64,000 nt of DNA. Source: a candidate division FCPU426 bacterium. Its GTDB lineage: Bacteria; Oederibacteriota; Muellerivitia; Muellerivitales; Muellerivitaceae. Positions 1 through 9,610 of this stretch are shown piece after piece (position 1 is the stretch's first letter; the number at the start of each line of letters is the position of its first letter). The notes under the pieces are model-generated. The model did no database searches, was not told where the DNA came from, and saw only the letters and a list, made by a program, of their open reading frames with translations. The translations under genes and the position numbers were made by a program. The stretch covers positions 64,001-128,000 of the forward strand of contig CAWKAR010000019.1 in assembly GCA_963847625.1 (NCBI GenBank). Direction: 5' to 3'.

Positions 1-165
1 GTGAAAGCGGGAGGGGATCCGGCTTTTAAAGGTTTCGCCGAAACCCCCCGGCATTTATTACACGCCTCCAAGTTGGGATTCAGGCATCCTTTGAGCGGTG
101 AAAAACTGTCTTTTGAATCCCCCATCCCCCCGGATATGAAGGAATATTTGGAAAGCTTGGTATAA
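1..165 (+). CDS. RluA-family pseudouridine synthase, C-terminal fragment (runs off window start)
   Basis: Manual frame +1 translation ends RHLLHASKLGFRHPLSGEKLSFESPIPPDMKEYLESLV*, matching the RluA/RluD C-terminal LHAxxLxFxHP motif; not in the ORF track. Confidence 0.8.
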   Translation: MKAGGDPAFKGFAETPRHLLHASKLGFRHPLSGEKLSFESPIPPDMKEYLESLV

Positions 166-220
166 ATCGGTTGGGGTCTTTACTGGAACTTTGTTCGAGG
201 GTGAATCTGGATTTATTGGT

Positions 221-1045
221 TCAGGATGCCGTGTGCATCCCGCCCCATAGCTTGATGCCGCCCAATATACCTGCATCGTTGGAAACGGCCTTCATGTTCT
301 TTTCCAATTTGAAGGCGAGGTGTTGCGCATTGCCGCCGCCGATATAAACCTTGTCATAATTGATCAGGGTTTGGAGGATCTCAAAGGCGCGCCTCACCCG
401 CTTGTTCCATTTCTTCCGGCCCTTTTCGTGGAGCACTTTGTCCCCGATATATTCGTTATAGGTTTTGCCCTTATAGACGGGATGGTGGGCCAATTCCAGG
501 TGGGGCATCAACTCGCCGTTTCGGTAAAGAGCCGTTCCAACACCCGTGCCGAGAGTAACAACGAGTTCAAGCCCTTTTCCGCCAATAACCGCAAGGCCCT
601 GCATGTCCGCATCGTTCAGGAGTTTTACCGGCTTTCCCCATAGTTTTTCGAGGGCCTTGGCCAGCGGGAATACCTTCCAAAACTTTGGCCCTCCCAGGTT
701 GGGAGCCGTGATGACAAGGCCATTCCGCACCACGCCCGGAAAGCCGACCGATACCCGTTCGAAGGCCGGCAAGGGTTTCACAAGCTTGGCCAACTCCCGC
801 ACCAACAAACCCGGCGGGCAGGGATCTGGCGTTACCACCCGGACCCGGTCCACCACCATTTTCCCCTTCGCGTCCAGCACCGAGGCCTTCAACCCTGTTC
901 CACCTATATCGATGGATAGCGTATAGGGCCTCTGTGCCGAGCCCACCTGGCTAGGCACGGGACTAGAGTGTGCCGGTTCCTTGGGGGAACCAGCCCTAGG
1001 CGGACTAGCTTTTTGGGATTCTGAATTTTTCTTAATGTTTTCCAA
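221..1045 (-). CDS. ROK-family sugar kinase, polyphosphate glucokinase-like
   Basis: SIDIGGTGLK, GFPGVV, LLNDADMQG, LGTGVGTAL, ELAH and IGGGNA motifs. Confidence 0.85.
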   Translation of the reverse strand: MENIKKNSESQKASPPRAGSPKEPAHSSPVPSQVGSAQRPYTLSIDIGGTGLKASVLDAKGKMVVDRVRVVTPDPCPPGLLVRELAKLVKPLPAFERVSVGFPGVVRNGLVITAPNLGGPKFWKVFPLAKALEKLWGKPVKLLNDADMQGLAVIGGKGLELVVTLGTGVGTALYRNGELMPHLELAHHPVYKGKTYNEYIGDKVLHEKGRKKWNKRVRRAFEILQTLINYDKVYIGGGNAQHLAFKLEKNMKAVSNDAGILGGIKLWGGMHTAS

Positions 1046-1578
1046 ACGGATTCGCCTTTAGTTTTTTCAAAAAGTATAAGTGTTTTATGCGTTCGTTGAA
1101 ACGAAATTCAATGTAAATATTTTTCCCGGGATTGCCCTTTACCTATGCGCTGCTAAAGGAACAAATTGGATTCCTTGCGCGCACTTAAGGCTGTGGCACA
1201 CGAAATTTTTTGAACAGGGTTATTTATTCAGCCACTTTAAATTTAAAAAGGATTCAACCGCCATTTAAGTAGGTCGTTTTTTAAAATGCCTTCGAATTTT
1301 AGGCGATTTAACTCAAGACTTTCACCCGTTTCATTCCCTAATTTAACCAACTTTTCCTCTTTTGGGGGATACCGCATAGCTGTTACCAGATTAAAAGATA
1401 ATTAAAGAAGCTTCCCGGTTGGGATAATGGTTATAATATGGTTAGTTTGGTAGTTCATTCCTTCACTCATCTTTATACCCACCGCCAGGAAGTCATTTTA
1501 CTGGCTTCAAAACCAAGAAATTGTTAATCAGGTACTGTTGCAGATTAAATCTTTCACTACTTCTTTGGTTTGAGTTAG

Positions 1579-1863
1579 GTGCAAATGAAAATTACCCAAA
1601 AAGTAAAAATCACCAACCGATTAGGCCTTCACTTGAGGGCTTTGGCTGAGTTGGTTAAGACAACCGGCAGGTTCAAGTGCCGTATTCTGGTCAAAAACGG
1701 CAACAGCCGCTTGGACGCAAAAAGCCTTATAAATCTTCTGAAATTGGCCGCATCCTACAGGCAGGAACTCACTTTGTCGTTCCAGGGGGAGGATGCGGGC
1801 GAAGCCTGGAGGGCTGTCCGGGATTTGTTCCTTAACAAATTGGGAGAAAAGGAATATTCTTAG
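1579..1863 (+). CDS. HPr-family phosphocarrier protein
   Basis: ITNRLGLHLRA (His15/Arg17 region), DAKSL (Ser46 region), GEDA. Confidence 0.85.
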   Translation: MQMKITQKVKITNRLGLHLRALAELVKTTGRFKCRILVKNGNSRLDAKSLINLLKLAASYRQELTLSFQGEDAGEAWRAVRDLFLNKLGEKEYS

Positions 1864-1890
1864 CTGTGCCTATTCCAGTAAGGGGGCAAC

Positions 1891-2247
1891 ATGCCTGAAG
1901 GGAATATTTTCGTTGAAAAGCGGACCCACCCGCGGGTTGCGGAAAAAATTCCAATAAAATATTACATTTTCGAAGACCCCATTCAGGAATGTATCAAAAG
2001 GGAAAAAAACTCACAAAGCCTGGATTTGAGTCTGGGCGGGCTCTATCTTAAAGCGGACCAAGACTTGAAAGTCGGCACGATCCTGCGTCTTAATATCACC
2101 TTGCCGACCATGACCGAATTAATACCAACATTTGCGGAGGTGGTTTGGGTCAGCCCCAAAGGGGCAGGCCTTCACTTCCTGGTCATGTCCGAGGACGACG
2201 AGACAGCCTTGAAGGCCTATATATCAAAAAAGATGGACAAGAAATAA
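1891..2247 (+). CDS. PilZ-domain protein
   Basis: EKRTHPR (RxxxR) and DLSLGG (DxSxxG) motifs, AEVVW...GAGLHF. Confidence 0.85.
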   Translation: MPEGNIFVEKRTHPRVAEKIPIKYYIFEDPIQECIKREKNSQSLDLSLGGLYLKADQDLKVGTILRLNITLPTMTELIPTFAEVVWVSPKGAGLHFLVMSEDDETALKAYISKKMDKK

Positions 2248-2388
2248 CCAAAATCCCCTCAAAATACCCAAATAATCCCTTCACGGAACCCCTTATTAAA
2301 TTCTAAAAACTTTTTCCATGCCGGAAAATTCCATTTATAATCTCACTCTATCTTTGAGCCGTCATCTTAGCCGTCAAAGGATCATGCT

Positions 2389-3687
2389 ATGAGTACCGCC
2401 ATGCGCTTCGACCTTACACAAAAGGACATCCCCACCCACTGGTATAACATTCTCCCGGACTTTCCCACCCCGCTTCCTCCGCCGCTTCATCCCGGCACCA
2501 AGCAGCCAGTGACGCCCGATATGCTGACGGCCATTTTCCCGGAAAACCTGGTGATGCAGGAGATGAGCCCTGAAAACCGCGTCGCCATACCCGAGGAAGT
2601 GCGCGACATTTATACCCTGTGGCGGCCCACTCCCCTGCTCAGGGCCGTGCGCTTTGAGAAAGCGCTTGATACGCCCGCCCACATTTACTACAAGAACGAG
2701 GGCGTCTCCCCGGCCGGTTCCCACAAGCCTAATACCGCCGTGGCCCAGGCTTATTACAACAAGAAAGCCGGAACCAAGCGCATCGCCACGGAGACCGGCG
2801 CGGGCCAATGGGGCTCGGCGCTGGCCTTGGCCTGCAAACTCTTCGGCATCGAATGCCGCGTTTACATGGTGAGGGTGAGTTTCGACCAGAAGCCTTACCG
2901 GAAACTTATGATGCAGACCTGGGGTGCCACGGTTTTCCCCTCTCCCAGCAAGGAAACCGAGTTCGGCCGCAAAATATTGGCCAAGGACCCCAAGTGCCCG
3001 GGCAGTCTTGGCATGGCCATTTCCGAGGCCATCGAGGACACGGTCAAGACGCCCAATACCAAGTACTCCCTGGGCTCGGTCTTGAACCACGTCTGCATGC
3101 ACCAGACCGTCATCGGTCAGGAAGCCCTCAAGCAGATGGAATTGGCGGGCGAGTATCCGGATGTGGTCGTTGGCTGCGCCGGGGGCGGGTCGAACTTCGC
3201 CGGCATCTCCTTCCCCTTCGTGGAGCAAAACCTGAAAAAAGGCAAGAAAGCCCGGATCGTGGCGGTCGAGCCCTCCTCCTGTCCCTCCATGACCAAGGGC
3301 GAGTACAAGTACGACTTTGGCGACACGGCCATGACCACGCCCTTGCTGAAGATGTACACGCTGGGCGCGGATTTCATTCCGCCGCCCATCCACGCCGGAG
3401 GCCTTCGTTACCACGCCATGGCGCCGACCGTGAGCCACCTGCTGGGCCTGAAGCTCATCGAAGCCGCGGCTTATCCCCAGGACGAGATCTTCAAGGCGGG
3501 CCTATTGTTCGCGCATACCGAGGGCATCATCCCGGCGCCTGAGTCCTCCCACGCCATCGCCCATGTGGTGAATGAAGCCGCGGCCGCCAAGAAGGAGGGA
3601 AAGAAGCGCGTCATCATCTTCAACCTCTCGGGTCACGGGCTTTTGGACCTGACGGCCTTTGACGCCTACATGAGCAACAAGCTTTAA
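2389..3687 (+). CDS. trpB2: TrpB-like PLP-dependent enzyme (tryptophan synthase beta type 2)
   Basis: [16 protein letters not shown] (PLP lysine), [31 protein letters not shown]; stand-alone, outside a trp operon. Confidence 0.92.
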   Translation: MSTAMRFDLTQKDIPTHWYNILPDFPTPLPPPLHPGTKQPVTPDMLTAIFPENLVMQEMSPENRVAIPEEVRDIYTLWRPTPLLRAVRFEKALDTPAHIYYKNEGVSPAGSHKPNTAVAQAYYNKKAGTKRIATETGAGQWGSALALACKLFGIECRVYMVRVSFDQKPYRKLMMQTWGATVFPSPSKETEFGRKILAKDPKCPGSLGMAISEAIEDTVKTPNTKYSLGSVLNHVCMHQTVIGQEALKQMELAGEYPDVVVGCAGGGSNFAGISFPFVEQNLKKGKKARIVAVEPSSCPSMTKGEYKYDFGDTAMTTPLLKMYTLGADFIPPPIHAGGLRYHAMAPTVSHLLGLKLIEAAAYPQDEIFKAGLLFAHTEGIIPAPESSHAIAHVVNEAAAAKKEGKKRVIIFNLSGHGLLDLTAFDAYMSNKL

Positions 3688-3791
3688 CCAACAAACGGAA
3701 GCAGCCGCAAATTGGCATATGTCCACTGGAAAGGCAAAGCCGTTCCCTCCCATGATTTTCGTTTGTGGGGAAATAAAAAAAAGGGATAACA

Positions 3792-3892
3792 GTCAAGGGA
3801 CGACCCTTAGGGTCGCCACTTAGGCGGGGCATTGAACCCTGCCCAAGTACACGGCTAGGCCCCCGGGCTTGCTCGGGGCCTTGGCAGCCGGT
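3792..3892. repeat. Structured intergenic repeat family B, short copy (101 bp)
   Basis: GTCAAGGGACG...CCCAAGTACACGGCTAGGCCCCCGGGC...GGGGCCTTGGCAGCCGGT shared with 31938-32141 and 33339-33542; several hairpins. Confidence 0.8.
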
Positions 3893-3925
3893 AAAAGTTC
3901 GTTTTAATTTATTAAGGGGAAAGCT

Positions 3926-4615
3926 ATGAAAAAAGCAATTTTATGTTTGGCTGTTGGTTTAGCCGTTCTTTGGGTTGCCGGACCCTTGGGCGCCGCGGGA
4001 AGTTTCGAGGGCACTCTGGACGTTAATATCACGACCGCGAACGGGAAGGTCCTCCCGGCGCTCTATTATGTGAAAGAGGCGAAGTTCCGGCAGGATATGA
4101 CGGTAGGAAGGCAATACACGATCACCCTCCTACAGGCGGCCTCCAAAGCGGTGACCATCCTCATGCCCAATCAAAAACTTTACAATGTCATGTCCCTGCC
4201 GGATCAAAAGAAGGCTAAGAAAAGCCTGGATATGAAGATCACCAAGACGGGCAACACCCAGGAAATTCTAGGAAAAACCTGCGAGGAATGGACCTGCGAC
4301 TCGAAATACGGCCAATCTTCCATTTATGGCACGAAGAGAATGGGGAAATTCATGAACATGAACAACGGCGAGGACGCTTGGTCCTTCATCCAAAAAGAGA
4401 ACCTGTTTCCCCTGAAGGTGGTGACCAAACTGAAAAATAACAGGGCTACCACCTGGGAAGTCACGAAGATCACGGAAAAATCCCTGGATGATAGTCTCTT
4501 CGCGGTTCCGGAAGGTTACAAGAAAATGACGGGTATCGAGGATATGGGCAAATCCATCCAAGCCCCCAGCGGGGATGACGCCATGAAAGCCTTGAAAAAC
4601 AAGCTTCCTTTCTAA
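3926..4615 (+). CDS. Secreted DUF4412-like protein
   Basis: Signal peptide; KTGNTQEILGKTCEEW, FPLK and SLDDSLFAVPEGYK motifs. Confidence 0.7.
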   Translation: MKKAILCLAVGLAVLWVAGPLGAAGSFEGTLDVNITTANGKVLPALYYVKEAKFRQDMTVGRQYTITLLQAASKAVTILMPNQKLYNVMSLPDQKKAKKSLDMKITKTGNTQEILGKTCEEWTCDSKYGQSSIYGTKRMGKFMNMNNGEDAWSFIQKENLFPLKVVTKLKNNRATTWEVTKITEKSLDDSLFAVPEGYKKMTGIEDMGKSIQAPSGDDAMKALKNKLPF

Positions 4616-4630
4616 GCCTCCTCACAACAT

Positions 4631-4670
4631 AAAAAAAATAAAGCCCCAATTTTCGAGGCTTTATTTTTTT
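4631..4670. terminator. Bidirectional rho-independent terminator
   Basis: AAAAAAAATAAAGCC-loop-GGCTTTATTTTTTT between convergent genes. Confidence 0.75.
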
Positions 4671-4689
4671 CGGAAAAAGAAATTTCGAC

Positions 4690-4866
4690 TCAGGATTTCG
4701 CTAAAAGCTCCCGCACCCGGGCCGCTTCCTCGGGTTTGAGGTTGATCTTGTTGCCGTCCAGCAAGACCACCTCGTTCACGTTCTTCGCTTCCCTCAAAAG
4801 GATCACTTGGTCAGAATTGATGGTGTAAACTACCCCGACCGCGTCCGTTACATTTAAAAAAGCCAT
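4690..4866 (-). CDS. Small hypothetical protein (58 aa), FlbD-like residue pattern
   Basis: Manual translation MAFLNVTDAVGVVYTINSDQVILLREAKNVNEVVLLDGNKINLKPEEAARVRELLAKS with GAAGGGGG RBS; below ORF-track cutoff. Confidence 0.6.
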   Translation of the reverse strand: MAFLNVTDAVGVVYTINSDQVILLREAKNVNEVVLLDGNKINLKPEEAARVRELLAKS

Positions 4867-4950
4867 GGATACCCCCTTCGGGTGATGGATTCCAACACGT
4901 CTGATAACAGGGGTTAGTATACCTGAAGTGTCTTCCCGCGCGTTGTCAGC

Positions 4951-5412
4951 CTAATCGGCCTTGAATTCCCGGGCCACCTGGTCCAAGTAATTCCCCAATT
5001 GGGCCGTTAATACATCGGATAAACCCCTTCGGGGGCATACTTCCGCCGGCTCGAACCCGAAAATCACCATTTCCTCGGCGGTCTCCCCCAGCATCTTGGC
5101 GGTTTCCAGCATCTCGAAGAGGTCCCCTTCGTGCAGGGACAATCTCGGTAGGACCTTTTCTGTTTTTACTTGGGATGGCAGGAAGCGGCGGAACTCGCCG
5201 GGCTTGAGGCCCATCAGCGCGCAATCCAGGAAAACCACCTTGCGGCGGCCTCGGAGGGTGTGAAGGGCGGAAAGGATGGAACCAGCCGAATCCAGGAGGT
5301 CGACGGAAGGGGGAAGAATACCGGTATCGCGAAGGCGTTCCAGGAGCGTTGGCCCCACACCCTCATCTCCCATCAGTGGGTTTCCGAGGGCCACCACCGC
5401 ATCGCGCTTCAT
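4951..5412 (-). CDS. Hydrogenase maturation protease
   Basis: LGNPLMGDEGVG, FLDC, SLHE motifs; directly after the large subunit. Confidence 0.92.
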   Translation of the reverse strand: MKRDAVVALGNPLMGDEGVGPTLLERLRDTGILPPSVDLLDSAGSILSALHTLRGRRKVVFLDCALMGLKPGEFRRFLPSQVKTEKVLPRLSLHEGDLFEMLETAKMLGETAEEMVIFGFEPAEVCPRRGLSDVLTAQLGNYLDQVAREFKAD

Positions 5413-5419
5413 GGAAGAG

Positions 5420-6718
5420 TCAGACGAAGGACACCTCGAGGAAGTGGGTGGAGCAGGATACGCAGGGATCGTAGGACCTCACCAGCATCTCGAGGCGTTG
5501 GCGGATGTCGTCCTGGCTCAGGTCCAGGATGGACGGAACCAGGGCCTCCACGTCCTTCTGGAGGTTCCCGTGGTTCTGGTTGGTGGGGATACAGACGTTG
5601 GCCGCGGTGCAGATCCCCTTTTCGTCGAACACGTAGCGGTGGAATAGGATGCCCCGGGGAGCCTCCACGGCGGAAGCGCCGTTGCCCGCCTTGGGCTTCA
5701 CGGGAACGCGCTCGGCCTTGATCTTCCGGCCCAGGAGCATGTCCAGGATCTTCAGCGATTCCTCGATGACATGGGCGGTCTCCACCAATTGGACGACGGT
5801 GTTCAGGTAGGGGTTGGTCAATTTTTCGCCCAAGCCGAACATGGCGGCCCACTTCTTGGCCAGGGGGGAAAGCTCGTTCTTGTTCAGGTTGTAGCGGGCC
5901 AGGGCGCCCACCGAGTAGGCGTCGCGGTGCCAGCGGGCCCATTTCGCGGTGGATTGGGGCGTCACGTACTCGTTGGCCACGGACTCGAATTTGGCCGCGG
6001 GAGTCGTTCCCTTCGCGTCGGAAGTAGCGATTTCCCCGTCGTACATGGCGTATTGTCCCGGCTTGCTCAGGGCGATATATTCGGTATCCCGCTCAAAGGA
6101 CGGCAGGTTGCCGGCGACGCTCAGGACCACCTCGGCCACTTCCTGGGCCGGGGCCACGAGGGAGGCGATCGTCTTGCGCAGGCTTTCCAACTGGGCCGTC
6201 GTGGGGATCTTGGTGAATCCGCCCGGCACCAGGGTGACGGGGTGGGTGGTTCTTCCGGCCAAAAGGTCGGACCACTCATTGGCCGCGCGGTGCAGGCCCA
6301 CAATTTTTTTCACGACTTCCAGGTGGCTCGAAACGAGCGGTACCACCGATTTCACACCCAAAAGGTCCGGTGCCACCAGGTAACCCACGTGCAGGACGTG
6401 GCTCTGGACCATCTCGGAGTAGTGTGTCAGGGTCCGAAGCAGTTTCACGTCCTCGGATAATTCCACGCCGAGCGCGTCCTCCACGGCCTTGATGGCGGCC
6501 ATGGAATGGCTGATGGAACAGATGCCGCAGATCCGGGAGACGACCTCCTGGATCTCGTCCCACCTGCGGCCGCGAACCATGGCCTCGAAAAAGCGGGGTG
6601 CCTCGGGGACCTGCCATTCGGCCTTGATGACCCGGCCGTCGGCGGCCTTCACCACGAGGTTTCCGTGTCCCTCGATGCGTGTGACATGGTGGACTTCCAG
6701 GTTCAGGGTCTTAGGCAT
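5420..6718 (-). CDS. hydA: Group 3b [NiFe] hydrogenase (sulfhydrogenase) large/alpha subunit
   Basis: TRIEGHG, L1 SRICGICSISH, EAPRG, L2 RSYDPCVSCSTH with short cleavable tail. Confidence 0.93.
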   Translation of the reverse strand: MPKTLNLEVHHVTRIEGHGNLVVKAADGRVIKAEWQVPEAPRFFEAMVRGRRWDEIQEVVSRICGICSISHSMAAIKAVEDALGVELSEDVKLLRTLTHYSEMVQSHVLHVGYLVAPDLLGVKSVVPLVSSHLEVVKKIVGLHRAANEWSDLLAGRTTHPVTLVPGGFTKIPTTAQLESLRKTIASLVAPAQEVAEVVLSVAGNLPSFERDTEYIALSKPGQYAMYDGEIATSDAKGTTPAAKFESVANEYVTPQSTAKWARWHRDAYSVGALARYNLNKNELSPLAKKWAAMFGLGEKLTNPYLNTVVQLVETAHVIEESLKILDMLLGRKIKAERVPVKPKAGNGASAVEAPRGILFHRYVFDEKGICTAANVCIPTNQNHGNLQKDVEALVPSILDLSQDDIRQRLEMLVRSYDPCVSCSTHFLEVSFV

Positions 6719-7463
6719 GGGTGGGCTCCTTGTAGGGCTTGAGGAAAATTTCCATCTTGCTGTCCAGGTCGGCGCGGGTCAGCCCGTAGAGAGCCGTTGA
6801 GGCGGCCAATCCCTCGGGGTTGGCGTCCTCGGAGTATCCGCGGCAGGCCACGCAAACTCCGCCCTTGGAAGTGCAGGCGGCATCGCAGCCGGCCCGCGCG
6901 AGGGGACCCAGACAGACTTCCCCTAACGTCCAGCGGCAGGCGACTTCCTTCAGGCGGCATTCCACGCAGACCGAGTAGCTGGGAATGAAGGGTTCCCTTC
7001 CCAGCAGGAGGCACTTCACGATATAGACGAGTTCCTTGCCCGAGATCGGGCAGCCCCGGACCGAGTAATCCACCTTCACGATTTCCCCGACCCCCTGGGT
7101 GGGGGCCGTGGCCAGCTGGCCCATGGTTGCGTCCTTGCCGTAAACCACGCGGCGTACCTCGTTCAAGTCGAATTGGTTCTTGAGGCGGTTTACCCCGCCG
7201 TCGATGGCGCAGGCCCCGAGCGCGATGAGGATCTTGGAGCGCTCCCGGATCTTCCTGAGTTTTTCAGCGTCCTGCGGCCTAGTGATGGAACCCTCGATGA
7301 TGGCGATGTCGTAAGTCTCGCTTTGCTCGGACATGGCTTCCCGCCATTCCACGACATCCGTGACTTGAAGCAGGTCCAACAGGGCCTCCTCCAGGTTCAC
7401 CACCTGGAGCTGGCATCCCTCGCAGCAGGCGAAATCAAATATGGCGATCTTGGGTTTGGACAT
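6711..7463 (-). CDS. hydD: Group 3b hydrogenase small/delta subunit
   Basis: CCEGC, EGS, GACAIDGG, GCP, CVEC, CLGP, CVACRG Fe-S motifs. Confidence 0.9.
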   Translation of the reverse strand: MSKPKIAIFDFACCEGCQLQVVNLEEALLDLLQVTDVVEWREAMSEQSETYDIAIIEGSITRPQDAEKLRKIRERSKILIALGACAIDGGVNRLKNQFDLNEVRRVVYGKDATMGQLATAPTQGVGEIVKVDYSVRGCPISGKELVYIVKCLLLGREPFIPSYSVCVECRLKEVACRWTLGEVCLGPLARAGCDAACTSKGGVCVACRGYSEDANPEGLAASTALYGLTRADLDSKMEIFLKPYKEPTHA

Positions 7464-8326
7464 TAGATGGCCTCCGGAAAGTCGAGAAGATCCTTATAGG
7501 CGAACACCGGGCCCGCCTGGCAGACGTAAAGGCCGTTCATCTGGCAATGGCCGCATTTCCCGACGCCGCACTTCATGCGGCGCTCCAGGGAGACGTAGAT
7601 GTTTTGATTGGGCACCTGCAGGCGCCTCAACTCGCGGATGACGAATTTGTACATAATGGGAGGCCCGCAAATGACCGCCGTCCACTCCCCGGCCCCCAGG
7701 GTGAACTTGTTGAAGAGGGTGGTGATAAGGCCGACGTTTCCCTTCCAATCCGGAGTTCCCTGGTCTACGGTCTCCAAAAACTCCACGTCGTCCCTCTTGG
7801 CCCACTCCGCCAGATCGTCGGTGAAGAGCCGGTCCGCTGCCAAGCGGGTGCCGGACAAGATCACGACACGGGCGTAATTCTTGCGGTTCTTGAAGACCCA
7901 TTGGATGCCCGATCGCAGGGGCACCAGGCCGATGCCTCCTCCGATGAACATCACGTTCTTTCCCTTCAATTCCTTATCCACCGGGAAAACCGTGCCGAAG
8001 GGCCCGCGGATCCCCAGCTTGGCGCCGGGCTTCATTTTGTGGAGGGCCTGAGTGACGGTGCCCAGGCGGCGGATGACCATCTGGAAAACGCCCTTAATAG
8101 TGGGGGAGGAGGAAATCGAGATAGGGGCTTCCCCCATTCCCGGGACGGAGACTTCCACGAACTGGCCGGGCATGTGGCCAAGGTCCTTGCCGGAATCCAG
8201 CTTGACCTCGAAAAAGGTGTCCACCTGGGTCATGGGCTGGATGCGCACTAACGTAGCTGGCATGGGCAGGTACATGTCAGTCGACTTGGTTTGTTTTTTG
8301 CTCTTGGTGGCTGTGGGCATGGTCAT
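7463..8326 (-). CDS. hydG: Group 3b hydrogenase gamma subunit (FAD/NAD(P)-binding, 2Fe-2S)
   Basis: PGQF, GEAPISI, RGPFG, GGGIGLVP, CGPPIM, ERRMKCGVGKCGHC; ATG at 8326 overlaps upstream stop. Confidence 0.9.
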   Translation of the reverse strand: MTMPTATKSKKQTKSTDMYLPMPATLVRIQPMTQVDTFFEVKLDSGKDLGHMPGQFVEVSVPGMGEAPISISSSPTIKGVFQMVIRRLGTVTQALHKMKPGAKLGIRGPFGTVFPVDKELKGKNVMFIGGGIGLVPLRSGIQWVFKNRKNYARVVILSGTRLAADRLFTDDLAEWAKRDDVEFLETVDQGTPDWKGNVGLITTLFNKFTLGAGEWTAVICGPPIMYKFVIRELRRLQVPNQNIYVSLERRMKCGVGKCGHCQMNGLYVCQAGPVFAYKDLLDFPEAI

Positions 8327-9339
8327 TCCCCCCAAAGTTTATTGAAGACTTCCACTGGATTCGCGATCTTCGGGACGCAGGCAGTCACGCACCTTCCGCA
8401 TCCCACGCAAGATATGTCCCCGTTCATTTCCGGAAAGTACTTTGCCTTGTGGTAGAAACGGTGCCGGTAGCGTTCCATGGCGTTTTTGCGGAAATTGTGG
8501 TTCCCCGCCACCACCGCGAAATCCTTCAACTGGCATCCATCCCAACTCCGGCAGCGGGTTCCGCATTGGGCGTCCCATTCCGGCTCGTCCTGCACGTCGA
8601 AACAGTAGCAGGTGGGGCAAACGATGTTGCAGGCCCCGCAGGAAAGGCACAAAGCGGCTTTTTCCTTCCAGAGGGGGTGGTCGTAACTGCGTCCCAAAAG
8701 GTCCGGAAGATCCTGGGGAGCGCCTTTGAGTTGGTGTTTTTTCTGGGCTTTCTTATTGGCTTCCCACAGTTTCTTGCGTTCTTCCAGCTGTTCCTTGGTG
8801 GCACTCTTGACCGGCCCCATGGTTTTCATCAGGGCCTCGCCTTTCTTGGTCCTCGCCTCGGCCAGGTAACCTCCCGGAATCCGGGTCAGGAGAAGGTCCC
8901 CATCCTTCGTGACGGCCGTTCCCATGTAACCGGCGAAATTGTTCGCCGAGACCTTTTCCACGTCTAGAACTACGATCGTGCAGGCGTCCCGGCGGGCGGC
9001 GTAATGCGAGTCCTTATGCTGCTTCAGGTAGAAGTTGTCCGTTTGGGTGATGGCGGCCATGTCATAGGGGTGGACGCCGAACAGTACGAAAGGCTTGGTG
9101 TCGATCACGCTTTTATAGTTGGACCCTTTGTAGGTGAGAAGAACCTCATGGGGGGGAAGGAGGAATTTCTTGGGAGGAAGAACCGTGACGTCGTAATCCA
9201 GGCGCAGTTCGGAGGCCCGGGCGAGGGGCTCGAAGGTGAAAAGGCCCTCCTGCTCCACCGGAGCGATAACTGGCTGCTTCTTGCGAAGAGCATCCACCCA
9301 GGCGTTGAGAATATTGGAATCCAGTTTCTTGACGGCCAT
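8323..9339 (-). CDS. hydB: Group 3b hydrogenase beta subunit (4Fe-4S dicluster)
   Basis: PPKKFLLP, CLSCGACNIVCPTCYCF, RSWDGC, CVGCGRCVTAC; likely start MAVKK with GGAGGG RBS (ORF-track N-extension overlaps the upstream gene). Confidence 0.9.
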   Translation of the reverse strand: MAVKKLDSNILNAWVDALRKKQPVIAPVEQEGLFTFEPLARASELRLDYDVTVLPPKKFLLPPHEVLLTYKGSNYKSVIDTKPFVLFGVHPYDMAAITQTDNFYLKQHKDSHYAARRDACTIVVLDVEKVSANNFAGYMGTAVTKDGDLLLTRIPGGYLAEARTKKGEALMKTMGPVKSATKEQLEERKKLWEANKKAQKKHQLKGAPQDLPDLLGRSYDHPLWKEKAALCLSCGACNIVCPTCYCFDVQDEPEWDAQCGTRCRSWDGCQLKDFAVVAGNHNFRKNAMERYRHRFYHKAKYFPEMNGDISCVGCGRCVTACVPKIANPVEVFNKLWGE

Positions 9340-9610
9340 GGAGCCCTCCAAAGTGGAACCGCGACGGGGTTCGTTAAATGGAGGAAAATATAACATCCAA
9401 AACCCGTGATTATTATGACTTGGGTCATAAGTTTTTCTTCCGACGGCGGGTTTTGTCCGAAAGTTTATTGGGTTGGATAATTTTTTGCGCCAGGGAAGTT
9501 GATGGTCGCGCTTTACAACCCCTGAAAAAGAAAACGACCTTACAGCATAAAACCAAAGAGTTTGATCTGTGTCAAGCGCCGGCGCCAAGGATCGGGCGGA
9601 TGAATTCCTT

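Noticed and set aside
58..276. 72-aa minus-strand ORF
   Set aside because: Shadow of the RluA C-terminus on the plus strand.
3792..3892. HDV-like ribozyme reading of family B (minus strand)
   Set aside because: Helix order is suggestive, but the P3 equivalent is long and tolerates a 76-nt insert, and no L3 or J4/2 consensus is seen.
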